This document shows, one piece after another, positions 39,875-53,125 of a stretch of DNA of 64,000 bases (its first letter is position 1; each line of letters starts with the position of its first letter). The stretch is taken from assembly GCF_006345805.1 (NCBI RefSeq), contig NC_043000.1:112654001-112718000 (forward strand), read 5' to 3'. The stretch comes from Octopus sinensis. Taxonomy: Eukaryota. A model generated the notes under the pieces. The model made no database searches, had not been told where the DNA came from, and saw only the letters and a program-made list of their open reading frames with translations. A program made the position numbers and the translations under genes.

Positions 39875-40237
39875 GAAAGCAAACTCTGCTGGATCATAGA
39901 TGTAGCATGCCCTGCTGACAAGGTATGCGATAAGGAAGAAAGAAAGTCGATAGATATGAAAAGATAGCTTGGGAGGTTAAGAAGTTGAGGTCGACGAAAA
40001 AGGTGGTAGTATTAACGATACTTGCCGAAGTCCTGGGAACAGTGAGTAAAAATATTGAGAAGTACATGGAATAAATAAGGGCTGCTATAAGGGTGGAGCA
40101 CTTGCAGAAAACAGCACTGCTTGGAACCGCAGGAATACTCCGGAAAGTGCTCGAAAATAAGAAGTGTTACCTTAGTTCACTGGTAGTGAACAGCTAACAC
40201 TGTAGTATATCTCCAGCGTTAGAAGCTCTGCAAAAGC
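39874..40237 (+). pseudogene. R4/Dong-clade LINE 3' end embedded in (AAT)n
   Basis: Homologous to 33617-34200 (CWIIDVACPAD..LGTVSKNIEKYME..LQKTALLGTAGILRKVLE); (AAT)n on both sides. Confidence 0.85.
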
Positions 40238-40286
<49 letters not shown>

Positions 40287-40724
40287 TAATAATAATAATA
40301 ATAATGTTTTCAAATTTTGACAAAAGGCCAGCAATTTTGAGAGAATGAGTTTAGTCGATTAAATCGACCCTAGTGTTTGACTGGCACTTTCGTGCAATGG
40401 GGTCGATGTTATCGACTAATATCAATAATGATTTCTTTTCTTTGCCCGCAGAGGCATCAGACGAGAGGATCTGTACAAGGACATTTTACAATTTGTGCAG
40501 GAGTTTACATGAAATGATGAGGAGAAGAAATGGAAAAGAGGGTGAAGCGATATAAAGGTATACATAGCATTACACATATATGAGCATATCTATGATGCTG
40601 TCACCTGATGCGGGAGAAACTCTAATGAGGGCCAATCAAGGAACGGTGCTGATCCAAGATTACCTTGACCACCAAAGGCAACACCTTCCAACCAAATTTC
40701 TATAATTCCAATAATCTATAGGAG

Positions 40725-41196
40725 AATTATTTACGTTATTTACATTTGGCGGATATTTGTCTTCATCTTATTTGTTGATAACACGTTTCTGCTGATATAG
40801 CCTCCAGCCTTCATCAGGTGTCTTGGTGAAATTTCGAACCTAGGTTCTCATTCCATAATTGCCCACGGGCATATGGCGTAGTGGTTAAGAGTGCGGGATA
40901 CTAACCCCAAGATTCCGAGTTCAAATCCAGGCCTGAACAACAACAACAATAATAATGATGATAACAACAACAACAGCAACAATAATAATAATGATAAAAA
41001 TAATAATAATAACATCGTAAAATACCTTAGGAATGAGAACCCAGGTTCGAAATTTCCCCAAGACACCTGATGAAAACGGGAGGGTATGTCAGCCGAAATG
41101 TTGTGTTAACAACAAACAAGATGAGGACAAATATCCGTCAAATGTAAATAATGTAAATAATGTACATAATTCCTCATCTCTTAAATATAGAACTGT
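40725..41196 (+). mobile_element. SINE family E locus 2: inverted 3' piece plus full-length copy, inside an 11-bp TSD
   Basis: ATCTATAGGAG at 40714-40724 and 41197-41207; A-box TGGCGTAGTGG (40874-40884), B-box GAGTTCAAATCC (40917-40928); damaged hammerheads at 40779-40822 (-) and 41062-41107 (+). Confidence 0.85.
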
Positions 41197-42310
41197 ATCT
41201 ATAGGAGCATACTACAAATAATCCCATTGGCCCTACCACTTTTTTGGTCTCAGTTGCCCACGTTTGACAAATTTACTGGAAGAGAGCACGTCACTTTTCA
41301 ATTATTATCGCTGATTTAAACACAAAGCTAGCAATTATCAGATTACACTTACAACCGACTTCAGATGTCTACATCTGCACGAGAGGGATTTGAACTGCTA
41401 ACATAACCTTATGTAAATAAACTCCACGAACATTTCAGTCCAATATTCTACGGCTTCAGGTCGTATCTATCCTCTCCACATTGAGAGAGGGAAAATAAGA
41501 AAAAAAACAACAAAAAAACAACAAAGAAATAACTTCCCCCTCTCAAAGAAAACAGGCATCTCAAAATGCAGAAGAATATCATATCACACGCATCCATGTT
41601 TTTTGAATGGAACAAATAACTCTGGAAATATTTTTAAAATAAAAGGAAAACTATAAGGTGAGTGTGTAGGATGGCTGTAGGGTTATTTCAGTTTCCCTCT
41701 TTCAAGAGCATAACCATTACACCGCCTTGTTATGTCTTTTCATTCTCTATCCCTAACCGCAACCCCTAGATGTCTAACCGACCACCTCAACCGTTCCACC
41801 TTTCATTCAATATGGCGATATGTCAATTGTTTGTTCAAACGTGAAATGCTGTCACTCCATCTTGCAAGATTTGTCCGCTGAAGCAAGAAAACTAAGGTGC
41901 CTGACGAATTACAGACTTCGCTGTTTTACTAATTTGGTACTTTCAAAATTTGTCATATTTTTCTTGTATACGGGCGAGCGTGTATGTGTGATATGTTATG
42001 TGTTTGTGTGTGTGTGTGTGTGTGGTGTGTGTGTGTGTGTGGTGTGTGTTTGTATGTGTATGTGGTGTGCGTGTGTATGTGAATGCGTATGTGTGTTTAT
42101 ATTAGCATCTGCATATATGCAGGGTATTTGTATGTGTATATCTACTTATGTATGTGTGTGTGCGTGTGCACGCGTGCACGTATGCATAAATATATATGCT
42201 TGTAGCATGCATACTTACATACACATACACGCGCACGCACATACCTACATACATATCTATATGTAATAATTGTTTATATATACGGATATATATATATCGA
42301 TATATATATG

Positions 42311-42408
<98 letters not shown>

Positions 42409-42615
42409 GTATGTATATACACACACACATACACACACACACACATATATATATATATATTTATATATATATGTATATATAAATATACATATATATATAT
42501 ACATACATTTCTACTCGATGTATATATTTAATCAAATCGAAGTTTTTCCTATTTGCTGTCTTCGTTCAATCTGTACGTCTACTTTACAGCTCAGAATTCT
42601 TACCTGTTAAGTAGG

Positions 42616-42720
42616 TGTGGAATCAAGGGCGAGGAATAATTTCCTGGTCAACAGCAACTGAGATGGGCAGGTCATGTTAACAGAATAAATGACGACAGAC
42701 TACTTAAGAGTACTCATAAG
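42616..42720 (+). pseudogene. RTE-clade LINE RT C-terminal fragment
   Basis: Translates QLRWAGHVNRINDDRLLK, the RTE/BovB QLRWAGHVxRMxDxRLPK motif. Confidence 0.65.
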
Positions 42721-42854
42721 ATAAACGGTACAGAACACTTAGCCAAGTCATGGCTACTCTACAAAGATGGCGCTGGTATACAATCTCCCGTACACTTTAA
42801 AGTATTTTCCTTAGATCGCCCGGAGGAGAAGTGAGCTGTCAAGAAAGTCTTGAA

Positions 42855-43683
42855 TATTCTTTACTATTCTAGGTACAAAGCCTGACATTTTGGGGGAGAG
42901 GGCCGGTCGATTAGATCGACCCCAGTAGGCAAATGGTACTTAATTTATCGACCCCGAAAGGATGAAAGGCAAAGTCGACCTGAGCAGAATTTGAACTCAG
43001 AACGTAAAGACAGACGAAATACCTATTTCTTTACTACCCACAAGGGGAAAAACACAGCGGGGACAAACAAGAAAAGACAAACGGATTAAGTTGATTATAT
43101 CGACCCTAGTGCGTAACTGGTACTTATTTAATCGACCCCGAAAGGATGAAAAGCAAAGTCGACCTCGGCGAAATTTGAACTCAGAACGTAGTGGCAGACG
43201 TAATACTGCTAAGTATTTCGCCCGGCATGCTAACGTTTCTGCCTGCTCGCCGCCTTTAAAATATTCTTTACTACTCTAGGCACAAGGCCCGAAATTTTTG
43301 GGGAAGGGGGCCAGTTGATTGGATCCATCCTAATACGCAACTGGTACTTAATTTATCAACCCAGAAAGGATGAACGGCAAAGTCGACCTCAGTGGAATTT
43401 GAACTCAGAACGTAAAGACAGACATAATACCGCTAAGCATCGCGCCCGGCGTGCTAACGTTTCCTATTTCTTTATTACCCACAAGGGGCTAAAGATAGAG
43501 GGGACAAACAAGGACAGACAAAGGGATTGAGTCGATTACATCGACCCCAGTGCGTAACTGGTACTTAATTTATCGACCCCGAAAAGATGAAAGGAAAAGT
43601 TGACCTCGGTGGAACATAAAGACAGACGAAATACAGCTAAGCCTCTCGCCCGGCGTGTTAACATTTCTACCAGCTAGACGCCT
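42855..43683 (-). mobile_element. Head-to-tail array of four SINE family C bodies (C1 and C2 subtypes)
   Basis: GACCC..GAAAGGATGA..GCAAAGTCGACCT core at ~42945, ~43130, ~43355 and ~43575. Confidence 0.9.
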
Positions 43684-44167
43684 TAGAAAGCATTGAATAT
43701 TGAGAAGCATATCGCCTTAGCAAGACAATTAAGAGAGAATAAAACTTATAGCTATGCCACAGCAGCTGCGCAATCTGTGATCTACAGAGAAAAATCACTT
43801 GTAGGTTTAAAGTCCCACAAGAAATTGAATTTTAAAAATTTCTTCTGTGTCTTTCGGTCATCGAATATTGAAACCGAGCTGAAAGCCCATTGCACACAGA
43901 TACAGACAGACAGAAAGACATACATACACACACATGCATATTTATCAAAGTTTCATCTACATATTCTTTTCTATTATTCTATTATCTCTTTCAGCCAGAC
44001 GCTGCAGCCACGCTGGGTCACCGTCATTAGCAACAATGCTTATTTTCGACAAATTTTCTGGTCCTTTATCTAAAATTGGTCCTTGGTGAAATTGTAAGTT
44101 GATCATATGGCTCTTTGCGATTCTTGCCGCGGCGTGGGTTCATTTGGTATTCTTTCATTCTATTATT

Positions 44168-44709
44168 CTTTTACTTGTTTTTGTCATTTGACCGCGGCCA
44201 TGCAGGAGCACCACCTTTAGTCGAACAAATGGAACACAGGACTTATTCTATCGGTTACCGAACCGCTGGACTCCGAGCACGTAAACACACCAACATGAGT
44301 TGTCAAGCAATGCTGGGGGGCGGGTGACAAACACAGACACACAAACATATGCAGGTATATATGTATATATGGCGAGCTTCTTTCAGTTTCTGTCTACCAA
44401 ATGCTCTCACAAGGTTTTGGTCAACCCTAGGCTACAGTAGAAGACACTTTCCATGTGGTTGAGAAGCAAGCTTCTTGCCACACCGACACGCCTCTTTTAC
44501 TCTTTTACTCTTTTACTTGTTTCAGTCATTTGACTGCGGCCATGCTGGAGCACCGCCTTTAGTCGAGCAAATCGTACCCAGGACTTATTCTTTGTAAATA
44601 TAGTACTTATTCTATCGGTCTCTTTGGCCAAACCACTAAGCTACGGGGACGTAAACACATCAGCATCGGTTGTTAAGCGATGTTGGGGAGACAAACATAC
44701 CCCCCCCAC

Positions 44710-44759
<50 letters not shown>

Positions 44760-44920
44760 GTATATACGACGGGTTTCTTTCAGTTTCCGTCTACCAAATC
44801 CACTCACATGGCTTTGGTCGGCCCGAGGTTATAGTAGAAGACACTTGCCCAAGGTGCCACGCAGTGCGATTGAACTCGGAACCATGTGGTTGGTAAGCAA
44901 GCTACTTACCACACAGCCAC
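44168..44920 (-). mobile_element. Two tandem SINE family D copies (44168-44490 deleted; 44492-44920 full length)
   Basis: Repeated tail CTTTTACTTGTTT..GTCATTTGAC.GCGGCCATGC and head ..CTTACCACACAGCCAC. Confidence 0.85.
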
Positions 44921-45077
44921 AGGTGTTTGCATCTTCTCTCCAGGAAGTAAGGCCTAATCTCCTTTAGCCTCTCACAGTAATTCATCTGTTGCACTGATGC
45001 GATTTGCTCGGTATAGTTGCTTGGACTACCTTGAAATCTATCGGGAGTTTGTGGCGACCATAATTGTGAGGAATAAT

Positions 45078-45253
45078 CTAGACCAGAGTTCCGCAGACTG
45101 TTTTCACTTGCGATACACTTATATTCTTTTCAAAATTCGGCAACACACCTGAACTAAACACCTAACTAAAAGTGTACGGAAAAATTATATTCATGTTACA
45201 CTGAGGTACACCTAGCACAATTGCGTGACACACCAGTGTGTCGCGACGTACTG
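45078..45253. mobile_element. Possible hAT-type MITE remnant
   Basis: CTAGACCAGAGTTCCGCAGACT start and palindrome CGTGACACA-CCAG-TGTGTCGCG (45224-45245); right TIR not found. Confidence 0.4.
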
Positions 45254-45551
45254 AACATGAATGACAACGTAGGAAACTAGATGATTATGGCGACAATATT
45301 TACTACACTATTACAAGAAGGTTGACAGTAACTTCGAAATCTCGGCCTACTAGCCTTCAGTCGGTCTCTACTAGGAAGCCTAGCCTACCAACACGTGAAA
45401 TTGCTGTCAGCCCACATCTAAAAGTTTAGTATATAAATATTCTTCTAAAATACATTGAATTGGGCAATGGATATTACTCTACCGTCGCGTTTCACAGAAC
45501 AATGCTACCGTCGTTAGCTTTTAGTTGAGTAGACCCTTGAGTAAGTACTCT

Positions 45552-45862
45552 TAATGGTAATAGCCTCAGGCTCACAATCATGAGGTAGTGAGTTCAATTT
45601 CGAAACCAGGCTGTGTGTTGTGTTCTTGAGCAAGACACTTTATTTCACGTTGCGCCAGTTCACTCAGCTGTAGAAAAAAGTTACGACGTGACTGGTGCCA
45701 AGCCAAAACGGACTTTGCTTTTCACGGTGGCGTAGAGACGGGAGGCTGGTATGCATGGGCGATTGCTGGTGTTTCATAAACAAACTTGCTTGGATTTGTG
45801 CCTTGCGGGTGAGGAAGTTTCTAGGCGCACTCCCAATGGTCATTCATGATCGAAGGGGATAT
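45552..45862 (+). mobile_element. SINE family A, diverged
   Basis: CORE-like body and tail align with 2265-2598. Confidence 0.8.
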
Positions 45863-46444
45863 CTACCTATGTGCCTGACATTGTGTCTCTGTCTCCAACT
45901 GTCACTTGTCAAGCCGTCTTGGTATACTTACGACCCCCATAACAACTTGACTTCACGCAAAAATGGTAAAAATCTTTGAAATTGACTTATCAGAACTGAT
46001 TTTTCCTCTGCAGAATAAACCCATGCGAAAATACTTATTATTGGTTTTAGACGTAAAAGGTATTTTGTTTAGTCTCTACTCCGAGTTTACACTTTAATGA
46101 ACACCGAGAGCAGGAAAGACCTACATTCTTGTTGGCAAATTGATTTCTCTGGTTCGAGTGGTTGGGGGGGGGGAATAATAAGATGGAAGATGGAATACAC
46201 GAGAATGCATGCATGTATGTATGAATGGCCTTTAATATGTATGTGTGTGTATGCGCATATAATATTTATGCATATATTAATATGCCTACAAATACGCGCG
46301 CGCACAAAGGTTCGTATATGCTCATAAGCTTCAAGGTCTCTCTCTCTTTCTCTATTTATCTAACTATAAATTTATGTATGAAGGTATGCATGTATGTACG
46401 TATCTATCTATCTATCGAGCTATTTAGCTAGCTTTGCTAGCTGG

Positions 46445-46542
46445 CATATACATACAGACATACATACATACATACTTATATATATACAATATATATATAT
46501 ATATATATAATATATATATAATATATATATATGTATATATGT

Positions 46543-46591
<49 letters not shown>

Positions 46592-46752
46592 TCTCTATAT
46601 ATATATTTATATATATATATGTATGTATATATATATATATATATATTATATGTCTGTATGTATACATTTATATAGTAGTATATATTCACAAATGCATGTA
46701 TATTTATATACAAATATCTATCTATATCTATATGTATCTAATTATCTATCTG

Positions 46753-46813
<61 letters not shown>

Positions 46814-46818
46814 ATATG

Positions 46819-46854
<36 letters not shown>

Positions 46855-47745
46855 GATCGATCTGTGCGTGTGTGTGCGTCTACATATATATTTTATTTAT
46901 GCACGTATATACATACATACACACATACATACGTATATATATATATATATATGTATATGTGTGTATGTACGTGTGACTCTGTGTGTGTGTATGTGTGCAA
47001 TCTACACTAAGGTACTTATTTTTTTTTTATATATTCTCCATGTTTTATTATTCCTATGTTTTAGGTGTGTTTTCCCTTTTCTTTCCCCCACTCGTTTCTA
47101 ACCGTAGAAGTGCCGACATCTTTTTTTTCATTGTCGTCTGCTCTCTCTACATTTCCTTCCTAACAGTCCTACTACATCTCTCGTTATAATTGATAGTTTT
47201 GTTGCTGTTGTCGTTGTTGTTGTTGTCGTTGTTGTTGTTAATGTTGAACCTATTATTAATATTATGATCATTATTGATATTTTATTCATGATTGTTGTCG
47301 AGGATGTTGCTTACGGTGCTATTCCCTCATAATAAGTTTTCTCGTTTACCTAATTGATGGAAATGTCATTTTGGTGGTGTTATTGTTGTTCTGAAGTCTT
47401 CTTCTCGTTGTCGATGTTGTTGTTTCCCTCTTCTTCTTCTTCTTCTTCTTCTTCTTCTTCTTCTTCTTCTTCTTCTTCTTTTCTCTTCTTTTTTCTTCTT
47501 CTTCTTCTTCTTCTTCTTCTTCTTCATTCTTCTTCTTCTTCTTCTTCTTCTTCTTCTTCTCTCCTCCTCCTCCTCCTCCTCCTCCTTCTTCTCATCATCG
47601 TAGTCGTTGTCATCATCATCATCATTATCATCATCGTCGTCGTCGTCGTTGTTCTTGCTCTTGTTGCGGGTACTATTATTATTGTTGTTGTTGTTGGTAT
47701 TATTGCTGTTATTTTATTATTATTATTATTATTATTATAATTATA

Positions 47746-47784
<39 letters not shown>

Positions 47785-47785
47785 T
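46445..47785. repeat. Microsatellite field ((TA)n, (TATC)n, (TCT)n, (TAT)n)
   Basis: Directly visible, with short unique spacers. Confidence 0.85.
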
Positions 47786-48162
47786 TAAAAAAAGATTGAC
47801 GTAACTCTTCACAAAGGTAAACAGTCAAGACAGATAGCGCGATTCGATTGTAAGATATTTTATTAGTTGAACGATTTTTCAACAGTAAGTCTGCCTTTGT
47901 CAAATTCAAAATAAGAAGTGATAAAAATTCAAAATTATGGAAATTTAAGCGTAAAGTATGAACGAGAGCAACCAGCGTCTGTCTATATGTTGATGGAATG
48001 ACATCAACAGTTTTTAAGTTTCAATTTTATAACAGAAAAATTTCAACGAGGTCGGCTTTGCCTTTCGTCCTTTCGAGGTCGGTAAATTAAGTACCTATTG
48101 CTTACTCGGCTCGATCTGAACGACTGGCACCCTCACCAAAAATTTCGGGGCCTTGTGCAAAG

Positions 48163-48236
<74 letters not shown>

Positions 48237-48339
48237 GAAGGTGGACAGAAAAAGAAGACAAAGATGAGGAAAGGTAAAAGAGAAAAAAGAAGAGTGTTTA
48301 ATCAAACAGTTATATATAAATTTGATGATATTCTCCTGT

Positions 48340-48935
48340 CATCTTATTCATTCCTCCAAGGCGTCATGTTAATAATCCGCAAATATATTTCTCCTCAAGC
48401 ATTCTGAGAATTGAAAGCGAAGCAAATTATGAGAATACGCACTTTCAAGTCTTCTTCAAAATTGTAGCCGCTTGAAACGAAATGTTCAGCAAGTTCTGTC
48501 GAACAACTGTTTAACTGTTCTGTTGTAGAACCAACATAAATCAAGTGTTTCGTGCATTCTGCCGCGTATACCAAATGGGAATCTCTACATGTCCCACCTT
48601 CTGTATAAATCATAACATTTCTGTTATGATTCCTAATGGAATTCAGTTCACGCATGTTGCTGCACAACGAACAGGGCTTACCTCCCTTGCGGCTGTTTTT
48701 CAAGGTACATCGTGCAGATACTCCAATGTTCGTTTTCGTGGATTCAGAAATAGAGGTCAATAATTCTCTTATATTGCGTCTAAAGGCTACAGTAGGCGGC
48801 TGAGGAAATATCTGTTTCAAACGAAGATACTTTGTCGTCACATACTGGTAACTTCCATGCAACACTTTTGAAATGCCAGCGAAATTTAGGTGCCAGCTGA
48901 TAACTAATTTGTGAACTACATCTGCCACATTATGA
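48340..48935 (-). pseudogene. Penelope-like element C-terminus with GIY-YIG endonuclease, decayed
   Basis: PPTVAFRRNIRELL, KPCSLC, TCRDSHLVYAAECTKHLIYVGSTTEQL, LAEHF, and downstream EKYICGLLT*RLGGMN (PLE end motif E..WI..L.T..P.GLN). Confidence 0.8.
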
Positions 48936-49288
48936 AGTAACTCTGAGCCAGCTGGAACTGCTGTCGAACGTGTGTCGGCACCATTCCTTCTCCCCTCTAT
49001 TTCTTTGAGTCTTTATCTGAGTAACATTGCTTTTTTAATATAAATGTGTGTGTGTGTATGTGTGTGTGTATGTATGGTAATTGATGAAGGAATCGCAAAA
49101 TAGATTTGGTTCCAGTCTTTATTCAGTACGACAATTGCTTCGACCACTCCTGCGACTGCCATGTTCGGCTGGAATGTTGTGCATCCAAGTGTGTTGCTTC
49201 GATCATTGCAGCCAGGGTAACATCAGGTATATGCTGACATAAAGTCGTGTCTCGCTAAATATATTGATACAGCGGTAAACGATAATAT

Positions 49289-49628
49289 AGTTCTATATTT
49301 AAGAGATGAGGAATTATGCACATTATTTACATTATTTACATTTGAGGGATATTTGTCCTCATCTTGTTTGTTGTTAACACAACGTTTCGGCTGATATACT
49401 CTCCAGCCTTCATCAGGTGTCTTCGAACCTCGGCTCTCATTCCTAAGGTATTTTCGATGTTAAATATCTTAGGAGAGCAAAATACCTTATGAATGAGAAC
49501 CCAGGTTCGAAATTTCCCCAAGGCACATGATGAAGGTTGGAGGGTATATCAGCCGAAACGTTGTGTTAACAACAAACAAGATGCGAGCAAATATCCGTCA
49601 AATGTAAATAATGTAAATAATGTAAATA
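49289..49628. mobile_element. SINE family E locus 3: two inverted 3' halves inside a 10-bp TSD
   Basis: AGCGGTAAAC at 49271-49280 and 49629-49638; minus arm 49289-49461, plus arm ~49479-49628. Confidence 0.85.
49376..49421 (-). ncRNA. Minimal type I hammerhead ribozyme motif, intact core
   Basis: GACAC CTGATGA A GGCTG gagagtatat CAGCC GAAA CGTT GTGTT. Confidence 0.75.
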
Positions 49629-49699
49629 AGCGGTAAACAATGTTACATATCGCTGTTCACAATGCGCTTGTCATTGTGTTAGCTCTTGAAAGATGCTAC

Positions 49700-49906
49700 C
49701 CAGCTGGCTAGGTGAGCAAACCAATTCATCCCTCACCCAATGATCTGAAGGCTGTTCCTTCACAGGGTGACCCATTTACAGGTGGGTGGACTGGGCCTAC
49801 CTGAATTGAAGTGTTTTGCTGAAGGACACGACGCTCTTCTCTGTCCAGGAATCGAATCCAGGTCTAGCCATCGAGAGCCCAAAACTGACCACTGGACCAC
49901 GCGCCT
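49700..49906 (-). mobile_element. tRNA-headed CORE-like SINE, diverged
   Basis: Minus strand GAAGGCGCGTGGTCCAGTGG..GATTCGATTCC..GTGTCCTTCAGCAAAACACTT..GTCCACCCACCTGTAAATGGGT. Confidence 0.65.
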
Positions 49907-50519
49907 TCACACATACATACATACATATATATTTATATGCATAAATTGTGCGAAATGGAAAGGGAGAGATAAGTGAGAGGGAGAGAGAGAGAGAGTGAGG
50001 GAGAGAGTGAGTTAGAAAGTGTGAGGGTGAGATAAAGAGAGGAAGATTGCAGGTTTTGCAAAGGTAGACCACATTGAGAGTTAAAGTGAGTGTTGTGTCC
50101 TTAATTAGCCGAACTACTTATTGAATTTAGATCATCTAATTGTTCTTCAGATGTAATTCACTTTGTTTATGTTAATGAATTATTAATGCAGCAGCGACGG
50201 TAGTGGTGGTGTCGGTTGTGTCGGGGTAAGATTGGCAAAGAGAAGAGGAAAGTATGAACGAATAACCAGAGAGAGAGAGAGGGGGGGAGATGGAGAAGAG
50301 TGTGTGTGGTGGTGGTGGGGGGGTAAATAAATGGCGTTGGTAGTTGTGATGAGAATACTTCAGTTTAAAGATGTCAAAGTTGGAGGTGAAAATGGGATGT
50401 GGTGTGAGGTTTTAATGAGGTGATTTAATGATGTATTCAAAATCACAGTAACCACTAATTACACACACATACATATGTGCATATATGCACACACAGACGC
50501 ACACACACACACACACACA

Positions 50520-50556
<37 letters not shown>

Positions 50557-50596
50557 ACCTATATATATACATATATAAATATATATATGTATATAC

Positions 50597-50627
<31 letters not shown>

Positions 50628-50734
50628 CGTATGCATATACTTATATCTATCTGTATACTGATAAATCATTACACACACACCTATATATATATATATTTAC
50701 ACCACACACACACACACACACACACACACACCAC

Positions 50735-50780
<46 letters not shown>

Positions 50781-51224
50781 CACCGACGTATGAATATGTA
50801 TGTAGGCATATGCTTATGTAGGTATATATACACAGCAATATGCGTATATACAAACAAATTGTAATCAGTACATGAAGTAGATTTAATAATACTAACAGCA
50901 ATTAAATCCTAGATTTTACGCCGTTGTTAATCCGAGATTCACGTTTCTGCCACTTGACACGTCTAAATAATTTATTACACTTTAGAATCTTGTGTTGCTT
51001 TTATACGATGACTCAAAACGAACTTCATAAATACGAAGATTTTTAAATTTAAAATACTTAAGACGTAGCAATTTAGATTTTAAATATTCAAGATGCAATT
51101 CTTGACAGAAAATCTTGGTATATGAAAAGAATAGAAAATATACAGTCTCTTACTCTTTCACCTGTTTCAGTTCGAGAGCTGTGTCCATGCTGGAGCATCG
51201 CCGTTGGTTATGCTGCCGTTTCAT

Positions 51225-51560
51225 TAACCCTCCTTTGATAGTTGGTGAATGAGAGCTTGATAATACGGCCCTCATTTACGTTTCCTACCGTGAATTTGAT
51301 TAATGCGGGGGCTGTTGACATTAGGAGGTCCAGTTTTGTTTTCGAGACATCTACAACCATCCCCGTGTAGATCCTACAAGTTTTGCAAGAAGGTATGGCA
51401 AGGGTGGGATTTCAGGTACTTTGACAGCAATTGTGCCCCTTTCTAAAGTTACTATAACTTTCAATTCCAAAGCTTGGTTCAAGACCTTCCAGGTTCTCCC
51501 GGATGTATATTATGGCATATCTTATTTTGTTAAGCATATTTCAACAGAATTCATAACCAG
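51225..51560 (-). pseudogene. Possible CR1-like LINE 3' coding end
   Basis: Minus strand of 51308-51357 translates VDVSKTKLDLLMSTAP, resembling CR1-group ends (VDxFKxKLDxxLSxVPD). Confidence 0.45.
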
Positions 51561-52148
51561 CAATGATTTTTTGCTACAACATACATGCATACATACATGC
51601 ATACATACATGCATACATACATGCACAAATATATATATATATGTTTATATGCATAAATTGTGCGAAACGGTAAGAGAGAGATAATTGAGTGATAGAGAGT
51701 GGTAAAAATTATGAGGGTGAGACAAAAAAGAGGAAGATTGGAGGTTTTGCAAAGGTAGACGTCGAATGTAAACAAACAATGAGATCGAAGACAAAAATCG
51801 GTAATGATGGATATGCCACATTTTGGGTTTTTTGTCCCTTCATCAGCACCTATGTAACCCACTAACGCCTCCGAACACATTGATTATATAGCCACCGAAT
51901 ATATATTCAGTATGCTATAATGAATCCATAAATACATATTAAACATCTAAGGGTATATCGTTTTCCCTCTGAAGTTATTATACTCAAGTTATGTAAATTC
52001 AATATTTACTTAATAGTTACAGAGTATTAATTGAAACAGCTGTAAGGATGATGATTTATTTGCTGTTAGTTATAAACAAATCCCAATCTCCATTTTCTTT
52101 TCTACTTTTACATGAATATAAACTATTTGTGTATACATACATGCATAT

Positions 52149-52179
<31 letters not shown>

Positions 52180-52324
52180 CCAATTATTTTAAGGAAATTA
52201 ATACCACCTCCAAATATATATCTATATATACATACATACGACTTAGGGGCTACATGTATGTATTTCTATATGTATTTGTCTGTACATATATCTACAACTA
52301 TCTCTCTGTATCTGTCTGTCTGTC

Positions 52325-52391
<67 letters not shown>

Positions 52392-52980
52392 ATATGCAGT
52401 AAGCCTCCATGACACACACGTATTTCATTGACTTCCTGTACTTAGACGTAGAATGAGAGTAGTCAAGTCAAAAGGAAGTTAATATTGAGCGACTGGAGCA
52501 TACAAGCGGAACGAACAATCTTGAATTTTGAGGGATCGAATATACACTCAGAATACCCTATTATGAAGTATATTTAATTAGAATACGTAAAACGCCACAA
52601 AATGGTTTATCTGATACTTAAAAAGGCAAGAGACTCACATGTGACAGCTAAATTTGCTTGATTAAGGCGTTGGTTGACATCGTAACTAATAAATTCATGC
52701 TCGGAGTTTCAATGGGAATACAATATCACATGTGGTCACAGGCCACATACATATATACATTGAGATAGTGTCATCCGTTGGAACTTTTCTCGCCGACAAT
52801 TGTCGACCGTCGCAGTTGATTAGCAGATCTTTGTCACCTCCAATTATCGGAGCAGAAATAGCCTGAGTTACGAACGCAGGGACAAGATGCGACTTCGTTA
52901 AAACAGTCACTCCCGTAAAGCAAATTTAATAACATTTGAGATATTTTGCCAAGAGTTAAGGGGGTAACAAAAACAGATGT

Positions 52981-53031
<51 letters not shown>

Positions 53032-53044
53032 TGTGTGTATATAT

Positions 53045-53110
<66 letters not shown>

Positions 53111-53125
53111 TATAACATATATATA

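Noticed and set aside
40862-40932. tRNA gene (Ser-like loop); likewise the other tRNA-like heads
   Set aside because: No proper acceptor stem or full cloverleaf; each runs directly into a SINE body, so they are SINE heads
41750-41775. Telomere-like CCCTAACC
   Set aside because: Only one or two imperfect units; not an array
48340-49638. GIY-YIG relic plus locus 3 as a single Penelope element
   Set aside because: Locus 3 has its own TSD, no RT lies between them, and unrelated sequence including (TG)n intervenes
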